A stretch of DNA of 64,000 bases from Giesbergeria sp. (GTDB taxonomy: Bacteria > Pseudomonadota > Gammaproteobacteria > Burkholderiales > Burkholderiaceae_C). Positions 54,264 through 64,000 of this stretch are shown here, piece after piece (position 1 is the first letter of the stretch; every line of letters begins with the position of its first letter). The notes under the pieces are model-generated. The model worked only from the letters and a program-made list of their open reading frames with translations. It was not told the origin of the DNA and did not search any database. The stretch is taken from NCBI GenBank assembly GCA_041798325.1, contig JBHCAP010000013.1, positions 27,504 to 91,503 of the forward strand, read 5' to 3'. The translations under genes were made by a program, and so were the position numbers.

Positions 54264-54290
54264 GGTGATTGCGCTGGTTATTGCACCAAC

Positions 54291-55475
<1,185 letters not shown>

Positions 55476-55541
55476 TCACAGATGGCCGCACGCCCGCAGC
55501 GCCGCTACACTGGCCCTTACCTCTCAAAAAAAGGATCTGCC

Positions 55542-56048
55542 ATGCTGAAAATTCTGATTGCCGTTGATGGTTCTGCCCTTGCTCTGGACGCTGTACACCA
55601 TGCCATTGAGCTGGTACGCAACGGTTTGAACGCCAGCATGGTGCTGGCCAACGTGCAACAACCCGCCTCGCTGTACGAGCTGGTGGTGTCGCGCGACCCG
55701 CAGCTGATTGCGCAGGCCAGCGAGGCAGCAGGCGAATTTTTGATGGCACCGGCGCGCGCGCTGCTCGATGAAGCCAGCGTGCCTTATGAAGTGGCCGTCG
55801 GCGTGGGCGACCCAGCACACACGCTGGTGGACATGATTGAGAGCCTTGGCTGCAATTTGGCGATTTTGGGTGCGCGCGGGCAGGGCGCAATCAGCAGTGC
55901 GTTGCTGGGCTCGGTCTCGCAAGCGGTGGCGCATGACAGCTTGGTGCCAGTGACCATCGTGCGCCACGCGCCCGAGTTGCCCGGCGAAGAAGAAGTGACC
56001 GATAGCGACAGCGCCGCCGATGTGCTGGAGAGTTTTCGCGGCGCTTGA
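55542..56048 (+). CDS. Universal stress protein (UspA family)
   Basis: ILIAVDGS, GDPA, ILGARGQG..LLGSVSQAV..PVTIV; AAGGA RBS. Confidence 0.92.
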   Translation: MLKILIAVDGSALALDAVHHAIELVRNGLNASMVLANVQQPASLYELVVSRDPQLIAQASEAAGEFLMAPARALLDEASVPYEVAVGVGDPAHTLVDMIESLGCNLAILGARGQGAISSALLGSVSQAVAHDSLVPVTIVRHAPELPGEEEVTDSDSAADVLESFRGA

Positions 56049-56050
56049 AC

Positions 56051-56443
56051 TCAGGCCGCGCGCTTGTAAGCCGAGCCGCTGCGCGTTGGCTGCAGCTTGC
56101 CGTGCGGCAGCGTCGCCAAGCGCTGGAACATCCGGCGCACGTAGCCGCTAATCCACAGGCATTTGTTGATTTCTTCAACCGGCAGCGGGCCGGAGACAAC
56201 GACGATGTCGTTGGCCTCGGCTTGTGCGCCGGCGGCGCGCAAACGTCGGCGCGTCATCGTCGCCCACGACTGGATGCGCTTGGGGCTGCCGTGCTGGTGT
56301 ACTTGGCCGGTGTGCGCGTCAAAGGCAATCGCCACCAAATCTGTTTTGAGCTTAAAGCGGCGCTCACCGGTGACTGCGCTGGGGGCATCGCGCATGTCGT
56401 ACAGGTAGTAGCTGCCAGCTTTGAGCTGGTATTGCAAGTCCAT
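56051..56443 (-). CDS. Hypothetical protein
   Basis: 130-aa ORF (MDLQYQLKAGSYYLYD) with an AGAGGA RBS. Confidence 0.7.
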   Translation of the reverse strand: MDLQYQLKAGSYYLYDMRDAPSAVTGERRFKLKTDLVAIAFDAHTGQVHQHGSPKRIQSWATMTRRRLRAAGAQAEANDIVVVSGPLPVEEINKCLWISGYVRRMFQRLATLPHGKLQPTRSGSAYKRAA

Positions 56444-56526
56444 GAAAAGTCCTCTTGCCGCCATTGTCGGCCAACGGGCAAAGTGGCAAGCGCGCGAAGT
56501 GCGCCATGAAGTCGGCGCTTATCGGT

Positions 56527-57720
56527 TTAAAAATCGACCAAACTCAGCCCGACGCTGAGCACCGTGCGGCGGCGGTTGTAGTCAATCATGCTGTCGCCGT
56601 AGCCGCTGAACAGCTGGGTGTGCAGGCGCAAATTGCTTTTGCCGCCGGCAAAACCTTTGCCCAGCGTTTGCAGCCACTCCACCTTGGCCGAGCCACCGTG
56701 GCTGTTTTTGCGCAGCGGGTGGCGCACGGTCATGCCGACGGTGTTTTCGGGGTCGTAATTCCAAAACGCTGACAGCTCGCCGCGGCCAATGCGGTCGCTG
56801 ATGTCGGGGTTGTCGTCGCTGCCGCTGCTTTCGTTGATGCGCTGCCACACGCGCGCTTGCACGCGCCAGCGCGTATCCAGCTCCATGCCAGCCATCAAAT
56901 AAACCCGGTTCCAGCTGCGCGACAGCGGCAGGCTCTGGCCGTTGGACTGGTGTACCAAGCCAACGCCGCTGTAGCGCAGGCGCCAGCCGCCGGGCAGTTG
57001 CGCATCGGTCGGGTAAACGTACATCACCTCTGGCTCGTGGTCGGTGGTGCGGAACGGGCGCGAAATGTCAGGGCTGAACAGCTGCCAATACGACTGCTGG
57101 CTGTAGCCAAACCACAGCGAGTCTTTGAGCTTGCCGCCTTCAGGGGTCAACAAACCTTGGGCGATTTTGGTACGCACCGAGAGTTGGATGCGGTTTTCCG
57201 TCGTGCGAAAGTCCACCGAATCGGTGGCGGTGTGGCCTTCTGCGATAGAGCTGGGTTGGCGGTTGACGCTGCTGCCCTTGGCCACCGACACCGTGATTGG
57301 CCGGTAGCCGCGAAAGCTGAAGGTGCCGCAGTCGGTGTCGCTTTCCAGCTCCCAAAAGCGCGACAACTCGCTGTGCGCCGGGTTGCGGCAACCTTCGGGG
57401 CTGATGATTTCAAACACCGGCGCTGCCAGCGCACCCCCGGTCGGCGGTGGAATCGCTACGCCGGCTTGCACCCACGTGCTGGCCGAAGCGGGCGGCGTGC
57501 TGGCCGCCACCGGTGCGGGCGGCGCAGCTTGCTGGCCGGCCCACTGGTCAAAGCAGGCCAAGCGGGCGGCACTGTCCGCACCCAAGGCGGCGCAGGCTTG
57601 CCAACTGCCGCTTTGGCCGCTTTGGCCGCTTTGGCCGCTTTGGGCGCTCTGGGCGGATACCGCAGCCGGCACCGCACTCAACAAACTGGCCGCAGCGCAG
57701 GCCCAAACAGCGCGGCTCAT
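56527..57720 (-). CDS. pldA: Outer membrane phospholipase A
   Basis: LWFGYSQQSYWQ, PFRTTDHEPE, HQSNGQSLPLSRSWNR (catalytic H-x-S), SGYGDSMIDYN. Confidence 0.93.
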   Translation of the reverse strand: MSRAVWACAAASLLSAVPAAVSAQSAQSGQSGQSGQSGSWQACAALGADSAARLACFDQWAGQQAAPPAPVAASTPPASASTWVQAGVAIPPPTGGALAAPVFEIISPEGCRNPAHSELSRFWELESDTDCGTFSFRGYRPITVSVAKGSSVNRQPSSIAEGHTATDSVDFRTTENRIQLSVRTKIAQGLLTPEGGKLKDSLWFGYSQQSYWQLFSPDISRPFRTTDHEPEVMYVYPTDAQLPGGWRLRYSGVGLVHQSNGQSLPLSRSWNRVYLMAGMELDTRWRVQARVWQRINESSGSDDNPDISDRIGRGELSAFWNYDPENTVGMTVRHPLRKNSHGGSAKVEWLQTLGKGFAGGKSNLRLHTQLFSGYGDSMIDYNRRRTVLSVGLSLVDF

Positions 57721-58163
57721 AGCGACACCGCCTGTTTGCGCAGCACAAACGGCACGCTGACTGCAGCCGCATCGTCTGCCGCCGCGTTTTCGCTCCACTG
57801 GCCGCGAATTTCTTTGCCGCATTGGCCTTCGACCACATCGCCCAGCCACGTCGCCGAGATGCGCTTGCCATCCATCGACTCCTCCAGCGTCAACTCGCCG
57901 GCGTGGACATCGCCCACCACCTGCGCTGTTTGGCCGGCGCGCTCCAGCGTGCCGCGCACACTGCCGGCCAATTCGGGGTGCTGGCCAAGGCGCAGCACCG
58001 TCGCGCCGCCGTGGCCGGGCAGTTCGGTGTGCCAAACGCCTTGCAGTTGGCGGGAGTCCATGTCTGCCGACTTGGGGCAGGCAAAATTTGAATGATTTTC
58101 GGCTCTAGCGCTTATTCCACCTGCGCTAGCAGCTATCAAAAGAAGAGTAATCAGTGTTTTCAT
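57717..58163 (-). CDS. Exported hypothetical protein with a partly repeat-encoded signal peptide
   Basis: Coupled to rep and pldA by 4-nt overlaps; MKTLITLLLIAASAGGISARA N-terminus. Confidence 0.75.
   Translation of the reverse strand: MKTLITLLLIAASAGGISARAENHSNFACPKSADMDSRQLQGVWHTELPGHGGATVLRLGQHPELAGSVRGTLERAGQTAQVVGDVHAGELTLEESMDGKRISATWLGDVVEGQCGKEIRGQWSENAAADDAAAVSVPFVLRKQAVSL
58093..58136 (-). repeat. Repeat copy in-frame in the 57717-58163 CDS
   Basis: Minus strand atagctgctagcgcaggtggaataagcgctagagccgaaaatca. Confidence 0.8.
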
Positions 58164-60235
58164 GAAGAAGGGGATTGACTGGCATTGGCCGCCGCTTTGG
58201 CGGCAAATTCAGCGCGCAGGGCTTTGAGTTTGGCACGTGGATCTTCACGCGCAGTGATTTTATCGAGCGCCATTTCAGCAATGAAGCGGCTGGGCTGCGC
58301 CGCCACCATTTCGCGGCCTTTTTTGCGCTTCTTGGTCCAACTCACGGCCAGCGTGCGCTGGGCGCGGGTGATGCCAACGTACATCAGCCGGCGCTCTTCT
58401 TGTAGGCGCTGCACGATGTCGTCGGCCACGTCTTTGTTGCGCCCGCCGTCGTCGTCCAGCTTGAACGGCAGCATCCCCTCGGTCACGCCGACCAGCATCA
58501 CGTGCGGCCACTCCAGCCCTTTGGAAGCGTGCAGGGTCGAGAGCGTCACCATGTCTTGGTCTTTTTCGCGCTCCGAAATCGTCGAGAGCAGCGCAATGGT
58601 TTGCGCCACTTCCAGCAGGCTTTTGGATTCGCGCGTCACCACGCCGCCGCTGGCATCGTCAATCTGCCCGCCGGCGCGCTGGCCCATCCAGTCACAAAAC
58701 TCCAGCACGTTGGTCCAGCGCGCGGCGGCGACTTTCTCGCTGTCCTCGCCGTCGTAGAGGTACTTTTCGTAGTCGATCTCTTTCAGCCAGTCGAGCAGAA
58801 AAATGCGTGCGCCGTCCGCGCCGTGGGTGTGGCGGGCGCGGTGTTCGAGGTCGTTCACGTAGCGGCCAAACTCGTGCAGGCTGTCGAGCGCGCGCCGGGG
58901 CAACGCCGCCGGCAGCATCGGCGAGAACAGCGCAGCAAACAGGCTCAGGTGGTGCTGCGTGGCAAACGCGCCCAGCTGCGCCAAGCTTTGGTGGCCAATG
59001 CCGCGCTTGGGCGTGCCGACCGAACGCAAAAACGCCGGATCGTCGTCCGAGTTGATCCACAGCCGAAACCACGCGCACAGGTCTTTGATTTCCGCCCGGT
59101 CAAAAAAGCTCTGCCCGCCCGAAACTTTGTAGGGAATATTGGCGCGGCGCATGGCTTTTTCAAACGGCTTGGCTTGGTGGTTGGCGCGGTACAGCACGGC
59201 AAAACTGCGCCATTCCGGCGGCGGGTTCGCTGCGGCGCGCAGGCTTTGGATGCGCGCCACGGCGCGCTCGGCCTCGTGCTCCTCGCTGTCGGCATCGACC
59301 ACGCGCACTGGCTCGCCCTCGCCCAGTTCGCTGAACAAGGTTTTGGGAAACAGCTTCGGGTTGGGCGCAATCACGTTATTGGCGGCGCGCAAGATGGCGC
59401 TGGTGGAGCGGTAGTTTTGCTCCAGCTTGACCACTTGGAGCTGCGGAAAATCCACCGGCAGCTTTTTCAAGTTGTCCAACGTCGCGCCGCGCCAGCCGTA
59501 AATGCTCTGGTCATCGTCGCCGACTGCCGTGAAATGGCCGCGTTCGCCAATCAGCAGCTTTAAAAGGTCGTATTGCGTGGCGTTGGTGTCTTGGTATTCA
59601 TCGACCAGCACGTGGCCGAGCAGCGCTTGCCACTTGGCGCGCACCTCGGGGAAGTCGCGCAAAAGTTTCAGCGGCAGGCTAATCAAATCATCAAAATCGA
59701 CGCTTTGGTAAGCCGACAAACGCTCCTCATAGCGCGCCATGATGACGGCGATGCTGCGCTCCTCATCGTCCTGCGCCTGTGCCAGCGCTTGCTCGGCATT
59801 CAGCCCCATGTTTTTCCACAGGCTGATCGTCCACTGCCACTGGCGCGCCGTCGCCGCATCCGCCGTGCCGCCGGCGGCGTCTTTGATGATGCCGGTGACA
59901 TCGTCCGAATCCAAAATGCTGAACTGCGGTTTCAGCCCCAGCAGCTTGCCGTCCTCGCGCATCAGCCGCACGCCCAGCGAGTGGAAGGTGCAAATCAGCA
60001 CGTCCTTGGCCGGGCGGCCAATCAGCTGCTTGGCGCGCTCGCGCATTTCGGCGGCAGCTTTGTTGGTGAAGGTGATGGCGGCAATGGTTTTGGCCGCCAT
60101 GCCGCGCTCGATCAGGTGGGCGATTTTGTGGGTGATGACGCGCGTCTTGCCCGAGCCGGCACCGGCCAGCACCAGACAAGCGCCGTCGGTGTAATGCACA
60201 GCTTGCAGCTGTGCGAGGTTGAGGCCGGAGGACAT
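58160..60235 (-). CDS. rep: Rep/UvrD-family 3'-5' DNA helicase
   Basis: [71 protein letters not shown]. Confidence 0.92.
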   Translation of the reverse strand: MSSGLNLAQLQAVHYTDGACLVLAGAGSGKTRVITHKIAHLIERGMAAKTIAAITFTNKAAAEMRERAKQLIGRPAKDVLICTFHSLGVRLMREDGKLLGLKPQFSILDSDDVTGIIKDAAGGTADAATARQWQWTISLWKNMGLNAEQALAQAQDDEERSIAVIMARYEERLSAYQSVDFDDLISLPLKLLRDFPEVRAKWQALLGHVLVDEYQDTNATQYDLLKLLIGERGHFTAVGDDDQSIYGWRGATLDNLKKLPVDFPQLQVVKLEQNYRSTSAILRAANNVIAPNPKLFPKTLFSELGEGEPVRVVDADSEEHEAERAVARIQSLRAAANPPPEWRSFAVLYRANHQAKPFEKAMRRANIPYKVSGGQSFFDRAEIKDLCAWFRLWINSDDDPAFLRSVGTPKRGIGHQSLAQLGAFATQHHLSLFAALFSPMLPAALPRRALDSLHEFGRYVNDLEHRARHTHGADGARIFLLDWLKEIDYEKYLYDGEDSEKVAAARWTNVLEFCDWMGQRAGGQIDDASGGVVTRESKSLLEVAQTIALLSTISEREKDQDMVTLSTLHASKGLEWPHVMLVGVTEGMLPFKLDDDGGRNKDVADDIVQRLQEERRLMYVGITRAQRTLAVSWTKKRKKGREMVAAQPSRFIAEMALDKITAREDPRAKLKALRAEFAAKAAANASQSPSS

Positions 60236-60240
60236 GGGTG
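60049..60240. repeat. 192-bp segment (rep 5' end) duplicated at 61328-61519
   Basis: Direct repeat with 3 mismatches. Confidence 0.93.
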
Positions 60241-60267
60241 GGGAATCTCGAAATAAATTCAAAAACA

Positions 60268-60311
60268 ATAGCTGCTAGCGCCCGTATCTATTGGGCCAGA
60301 GGCCGATTTGA
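60268..60311 (+). repeat. Dispersed REP-like repeat copy
   Basis: atagctgctagcgcccgtatctattgggccagaggccgatttga. Confidence 0.9.
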
Positions 60312-60327
60312 CCTAAAAATGCAGTTT

Positions 60328-60753
60328 TCAGTGGTTTTGCCAAGGATTGACCACCACCAAGCCATCTATCTGCTCAAAATCGCGCTCGTTGCGGGTGGCC
60401 AACACCAAGCCGTGTGCTAGGGCAATAGCGGCAATTTGCGCATCCTCAACGCTAATCGGCCGCCCGATCCTAGTGCGCAACGACACGATGCGCGCATAAC
60501 AAGTAGCAGCAGCTCCGTCAAAAGGCAGGCAGCGCCCGACAAACTCGCCCGCAAACATCGCTTGAGCGGCTTGTTGCAAGCCGGTTTTGCGCTGGCCATC
60601 GGGCATCAGGGCGACGCCCAACTCAATCTCGGCGCGGGTCACGGCACAGATCCAAACCCGGCGCGCATCTTGCGCATCCAGCCACGCGCCGACGGTGGGC
60701 GACGGCGCTGGCCGCATAAATTCAGACACGACATTGGTATCGAGCAGCATCAT
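60328..60753 (-). CDS. vapC: VapC/FitB PIN-domain toxin
   Basis: LLDTNVVSE, AEIELG, DAQIAAIA, LATRNERDF, VVNPW. Confidence 0.93.
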   Translation of the reverse strand: MMLLDTNVVSEFMRPAPSPTVGAWLDAQDARRVWICAVTRAEIELGVALMPDGQRKTGLQQAAQAMFAGEFVGRCLPFDGAAATCYARIVSLRTRIGRPISVEDAQIAAIALAHGLVLATRNERDFEQIDGLVVVNPWQNH

Positions 60754-61025
60754 GCGGACTCACTCGCCTCATCTTGACCAGTCCAATCCAACGGCGCGCG
60801 CGGTAATGACCGAAGCGGGACAACAAAATCAGCCTCCACTGCTGCCACCCCTGCAAAACGATCTGCCAAACGCGCGCCCAAGCCAGTCGTAACAGGCGCT
60901 TGTGTCAAGGCTTGGCGCAAGATGCTGCGCACTTCTTCTTCCATCGATTGCCCGTGGCGCGCGGCCTGCATCCGCAGGGTGGCTTTCAAGTCGTCATCAA
61001 AATTGCGAATGGTGAGCGTGGCCAT
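60750..61025 (-). CDS. FitA-like ribbon-helix-helix antitoxin
   Basis: MATLTIRNFDDDLKATLRMQAARHGQSMEEEVRSIL; overlaps the vapC start. Confidence 0.9.
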   Translation of the reverse strand: MATLTIRNFDDDLKATLRMQAARHGQSMEEEVRSILRQALTQAPVTTGLGARLADRFAGVAAVEADFVVPLRSLPRAPLDWTGQDEASESA

Positions 61026-61139
61026 ATTGATTCCCTCCGAAATTGACAGCAATGCTGTCATTGTAAGCAGCGCGGTATCTGCTGAAATCCCCATACACAA
61101 TCGGCAACAAACCCTCCCTTTTTGGTACGAGAGATACCC

Positions 61140-61327
61140 ATGAAGCAAAAAATCGAATCCCTGCTGCAACAACTCAACCACGGACTGGTGGAGCGCGAGC
61201 ACACCCTGAAAGCCGCCCTGCTCACCGTACTGGCCGGCGAAAACTTGGTGCTGATTGGCCCACCGGGCACCGGCAAAAGCCTGACTGCGCGACGCATTGC
61301 CGATTGCTTTGCGGGCGATTCAAAGAA
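61140..61327 (+). pseudogene. Truncated RavA/MoxR-like AAA+ ATPase (first ~62 codons)
   Basis: LNHGLVERE..LLTVLAGENLVLIGPPGTGKSLTARR, then reads into the antisense rep duplicate. Confidence 0.8.
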
Positions 61328-61514
61328 CGGCGGCAGCTTTGTTGGTGAAGGTGATGGCGGCAATGGTTTTGGCCGCCATGCCGCGCTCAATCAGGTGGGC
61401 AATTTTGTGGGTGATGACGCGCGTCTTGCCCGAGCCGGCACCGGCCAGCACCAGACAAGCGCCGTCGGTGTAATGCACAGCTTGCAGCTGCGCGAGGTTG
61501 AGGCCGGAGGACAT
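61320..61514 (-). pseudogene. rep: Duplicated 5' fragment of rep (about 62 codons)
   Basis: MSSGLNLAQ...TFTNKAAA identical to the rep N-terminus, then VL-stop. Confidence 0.9.
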
Positions 61515-61554
61515 GGGTGTGGAGAGTCTGGGGGAATGTTCAAAATCAAAATTA

Positions 61555-61598
61555 ATAGCTGCTAGCGCCCGTGTTTATTGGGCTAGAGGCCAATTTGA
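61555..61598 (+). repeat. Dispersed REP-like repeat copy
   Basis: atagctgctagcgcccgtgtttattgggctagaggccaatttga. Confidence 0.9.
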
Positions 61599-61887
61599 TC
61601 TAAAAAACGCCGCGTTTAACGGCTTTGCCAAGGCAGGGCATGGTGATGTGTTTTGGGGTGCTGACACCTTGGCGCGCGAAGCTGCCCGCAGCACGCGCCA
61701 GCCAGCAAGGGGGCAATGATAGCGACAGCGGCATTACCCAGCAATGCAGCCGCAGGCAGACCCAATAGAGCCGTGCGCTAATCACGCAGCGCGCTGCTCT
61801 GCACCACAATCCGAACTACGCTGCGCGGCAGTTGACCTAAGATTTAGACGCACCCGATACATCCAACCACCAACAAAAAGCAGGCTT

Positions 61888-62595
61888 ATGGGACATCTTC
61901 AAGGTGGCATTGCCGCCGACTTGCTATTGCCCGCAGCACGCGAGCGGTTTGAAAAAATTTTTGCCGTAGCAGCGCGCAAATCAGTCTTTACTTGGCTCAG
62001 CACTGCGCACACGCAGGCCGATGTGGTGTTGATAGACGACTCGGTGCGGGCAGACGCACTCGGCCATGTGCCGCCCTGCGTAGTGTGCTTGTGCAAAAAC
62101 AACGGCAGCGCACGCAGCGCCTCGCCGTGGCAGACGCAGCTGTCAGGCGACTACACCGTCGCCGATGTGATTGATGTGCTCGACCGCGCCGCCGTGTTTT
62201 TGCTCGATTGGCAAGCGCGCCCCGCTGCGCAGCGCCCCGCAGCAGCGCCAGTTGCCAGCGCCGCACCGGCTTTGCCCGGTGTCTCTCTTTACCACTTGGG
62301 CAGCTGGGTGTCGATGGGCGTGCCGTTCAATAACCCCCAATCGCTGCGGGCGCTGGCACTGTTGGCGCAAGGCGCTGTCTCCGCCCACCAAATCAGCCAA
62401 CACAGCGGTCTTGAGCCAGAGCGCACCAGCGCTTTGCTGGACGAATTACAGCGGCGCAACGTACTCATTACGTCTTTAAGAACAGCCTCTAGCGCCGCGC
62501 ACCGAACACCCCCGCGTCCGCGTCCAGCTGCCCCCATCTCTTTAGTGCAGCGCCTGTCACGCTGGCTTGGCACCGCTAGCGGACAAAACGCATGA
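61888..62595 (+). CDS. Hypothetical protein with a receiver-like N-terminus and winged-helix-like C-terminus, first gene of the GTPase/Roadblock operon
   Basis: ADVVLID; SAHQISQHSGL..TSALLDELQRRNVL; stop overlaps the next start. Confidence 0.65.
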   Translation: MGHLQGGIAADLLLPAARERFEKIFAVAARKSVFTWLSTAHTQADVVLIDDSVRADALGHVPPCVVCLCKNNGSARSASPWQTQLSGDYTVADVIDVLDRAAVFLLDWQARPAAQRPAAAPVASAAPALPGVSLYHLGSWVSMGVPFNNPQSLRALALLAQGAVSAHQISQHSGLEPERTSALLDELQRRNVLITSLRTASSAAHRTPPRPRPAAPISLVQRLSRWLGTASGQNA

Positions 62596-63173
62596 ACCAC
62601 ACTGCTAACGCGCCCCACACCAACGACGCCTTGACCAACGTGCCACGCATCGCCTTGGTCGGACCAATGGGCATTGGCAAAACCACTGCCGTGCGCACGC
62701 TGTGCGGCGACGATATGGCTAGCTCCGATGTGCGCAATCTTGACCAACAAGCGCATACCAAAGAATTCACCACCGTCGGGGCCGAATTTGGTGACATCTA
62801 CCTCGAAGACGGCGAGCGCGTGCAACTGTGCGGCTGCCCCGGCCAAGAGCGCTTTGACTTTGTGCGCCAGTGGGTTTTGTCGGTCTCGATGGGCGTATTC
62901 ATCATGGTGGACATCAACGACCCCGACGCATTAGCGCAAGCGCTCCAGCTGCTGGGCGAAGTGGCAGCTGCGCCAAACGCCCCGATTGCCATCCTCTTGA
63001 GCGCCCGTCCCGCCGCGCCTGCACAGATAGAAGCCTTTGCCGCCGCGCTCTTTAACGCTGGCCACGGCGTGCTGCCTCTCTTAGAAATCGACGTGCGCCA
63101 GCGCGCCGACATGCTGGGCGCGCTGGGCGTTTTGGTCTCCATGTTGTCTTTGCAAAACGAGGTTGCCGCATGA
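62592..63173 (+). CDS. Small MglA-like/ATP_bind_1 GTPase
   Basis: GPMGIGKTT (G1), TTVGAEFG (G2), LCGCPGQERFDF (G3 variant). Confidence 0.85.
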   Translation: MNHTANAPHTNDALTNVPRIALVGPMGIGKTTAVRTLCGDDMASSDVRNLDQQAHTKEFTTVGAEFGDIYLEDGERVQLCGCPGQERFDFVRQWVLSVSMGVFIMVDINDPDALAQALQLLGEVAAAPNAPIAILLSARPAAPAQIEAFAAALFNAGHGVLPLLEIDVRQRADMLGALGVLVSMLSLQNEVAA

Positions 63174-63619
63174 CATCCACACCCACCGCCACCGCCACAC
63201 CTATATCCATGCCGCCCCGCGCCGCCCCAGCGCTACCCAAAGCGGTGGTGCAAGCTGGCCGCCACGCGCTGGAGCACATCGCCAAACCGGTGGACGGCCT
63301 GCAAGCGGCGCTGCTGACCACGCCGGATGGTTTTGAAATCGCCTCGCTCAGCCTGCGCACCGACTTGCAACCCCAGCGCGTCGCGGCGATGGCCAGCTCG
63401 CTGATGGCAATGGCGCGCGCTGTGGGGCGCGAAGTGCAGTTCACCGGCTGCAAGCGGCTGACGTTTGAGACCGACACCGGCGTCGTCATTTTCCAAGCCA
63501 TTGAGGGGGAATTTCCTTGCATCCTGTGTCTAATTCTTGACAACAAAGCCCTGCTGGGACGCGCCATCTGGGCTGCCAGCGAAATTGCCCAAGCGATGCA
63601 AACTGCCCCCGCCACCTAA
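63170..63619 (+). CDS. Roadblock/LC7 (MglB-like) protein
   Basis: GLQAALLTTPDGFEIA..RVAAMASSLMAMA; overlaps the GTPase stop. Confidence 0.87.
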   Translation: MTSTPTATATPISMPPRAAPALPKAVVQAGRHALEHIAKPVDGLQAALLTTPDGFEIASLSLRTDLQPQRVAAMASSLMAMARAVGREVQFTGCKRLTFETDTGVVIFQAIEGEFPCILCLILDNKALLGRAIWAASEIAQAMQTAPAT

Positions 63620-63716
63620 CTTATTAGCGCGCACAAACCCCATTCTTGAGGGCGATATATGGCTCACGTCCTCATTTGGTCGGCAGTGTGAGCGGCTGCA
63701 TTTTTAAAGTTAAACA

Positions 63717-64000
63717 ATGGCAAATTTGAACGACTCTCTCGACCAACTCATGACCGCTGACGCGTCGCTGTGCGCGGCACTTGTCGACAGCAGCAGCGGC
63801 ATGTTGCTGGGCAGCGCAGGTGGCGGCCTTGATATGGAGCTGGCCGCTGCGGGCAACACCGAAGTAGTGCGCGCCAAATACAAAACCATAGCTTTGCTGG
63901 GTTTGAGCGATGCCATCGACGACATCCTGATCACACTGGACAGCCAGTACCACATCATTCGCCCGATTCGGAGCCAATCTGGCTTGTTTTTGTACTTGGT
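63717..64000 (+). CDS. Second Roadblock-like protein (runs off the window)
   Basis: Manual translation MANLNDSLDQLMTADASLCAALVDSSSGMLLG..ELAAAGNTEVVRAK..IDDILITLDSQYHIIRP. Confidence 0.8.
   Translation, partial: MANLNDSLDQLMTADASLCAALVDSSSGMLLGSAGGGLDMELAAAGNTEVVRAKYKTIALLGLSDAIDDILITLDSQYHIIRPIRSQSGLFLYL

Noticed and set aside
61122-61565. 147-aa AAA fusion ORF as a real protein
   Set aside because: The C-terminal part is antisense rep duplicate sequence; a rearrangement by-product.

Overview
GC-rich betaproteobacterial chromosome segment; gene content and protein styles suggest Comamonadaceae (inference). Housekeeping genes (recG partial, queA, tgt, actP, amn, ackA, fabI, rep, pldA, a porin) alternate with c-di-GMP signalling genes, a type I secretion operon, a PHA operon, a double-length UvrA and small accessory islets: an AT-richer secreted-protein islet, a Type IIG R-M gene with hicAB, a vapBC module inside a duplicated rep 5' end, and a small GTPase/Roadblock operon. 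Two features stand out. (1) The first gene of the T1SS operon (12193-12876) looks like the N-terminal WED/REC half of a TnpB/Cas12f-type RNA-guided nuclease with no RuvC domain. It is translationally coupled to the T1SS ABC gene and preceded by a perfect 13-1-13 palindrome, so it is a candidate domesticated TnpB-derived regulator. (2) A ~44 bp dispersed REP/REPIN-like repeat (ATAGCTGCTAGCGC...GGGCTAGAGGCC.ATTTGA) occurs at 17 loci. It brackets accessory modules and sits in-frame inside proteins: three insertions in UvrA, one in the TnpB-like gene, one forming part of a signal peptide and one forming a C-terminus. All protein assignments come from motif recognition by eye; no database searches were run.
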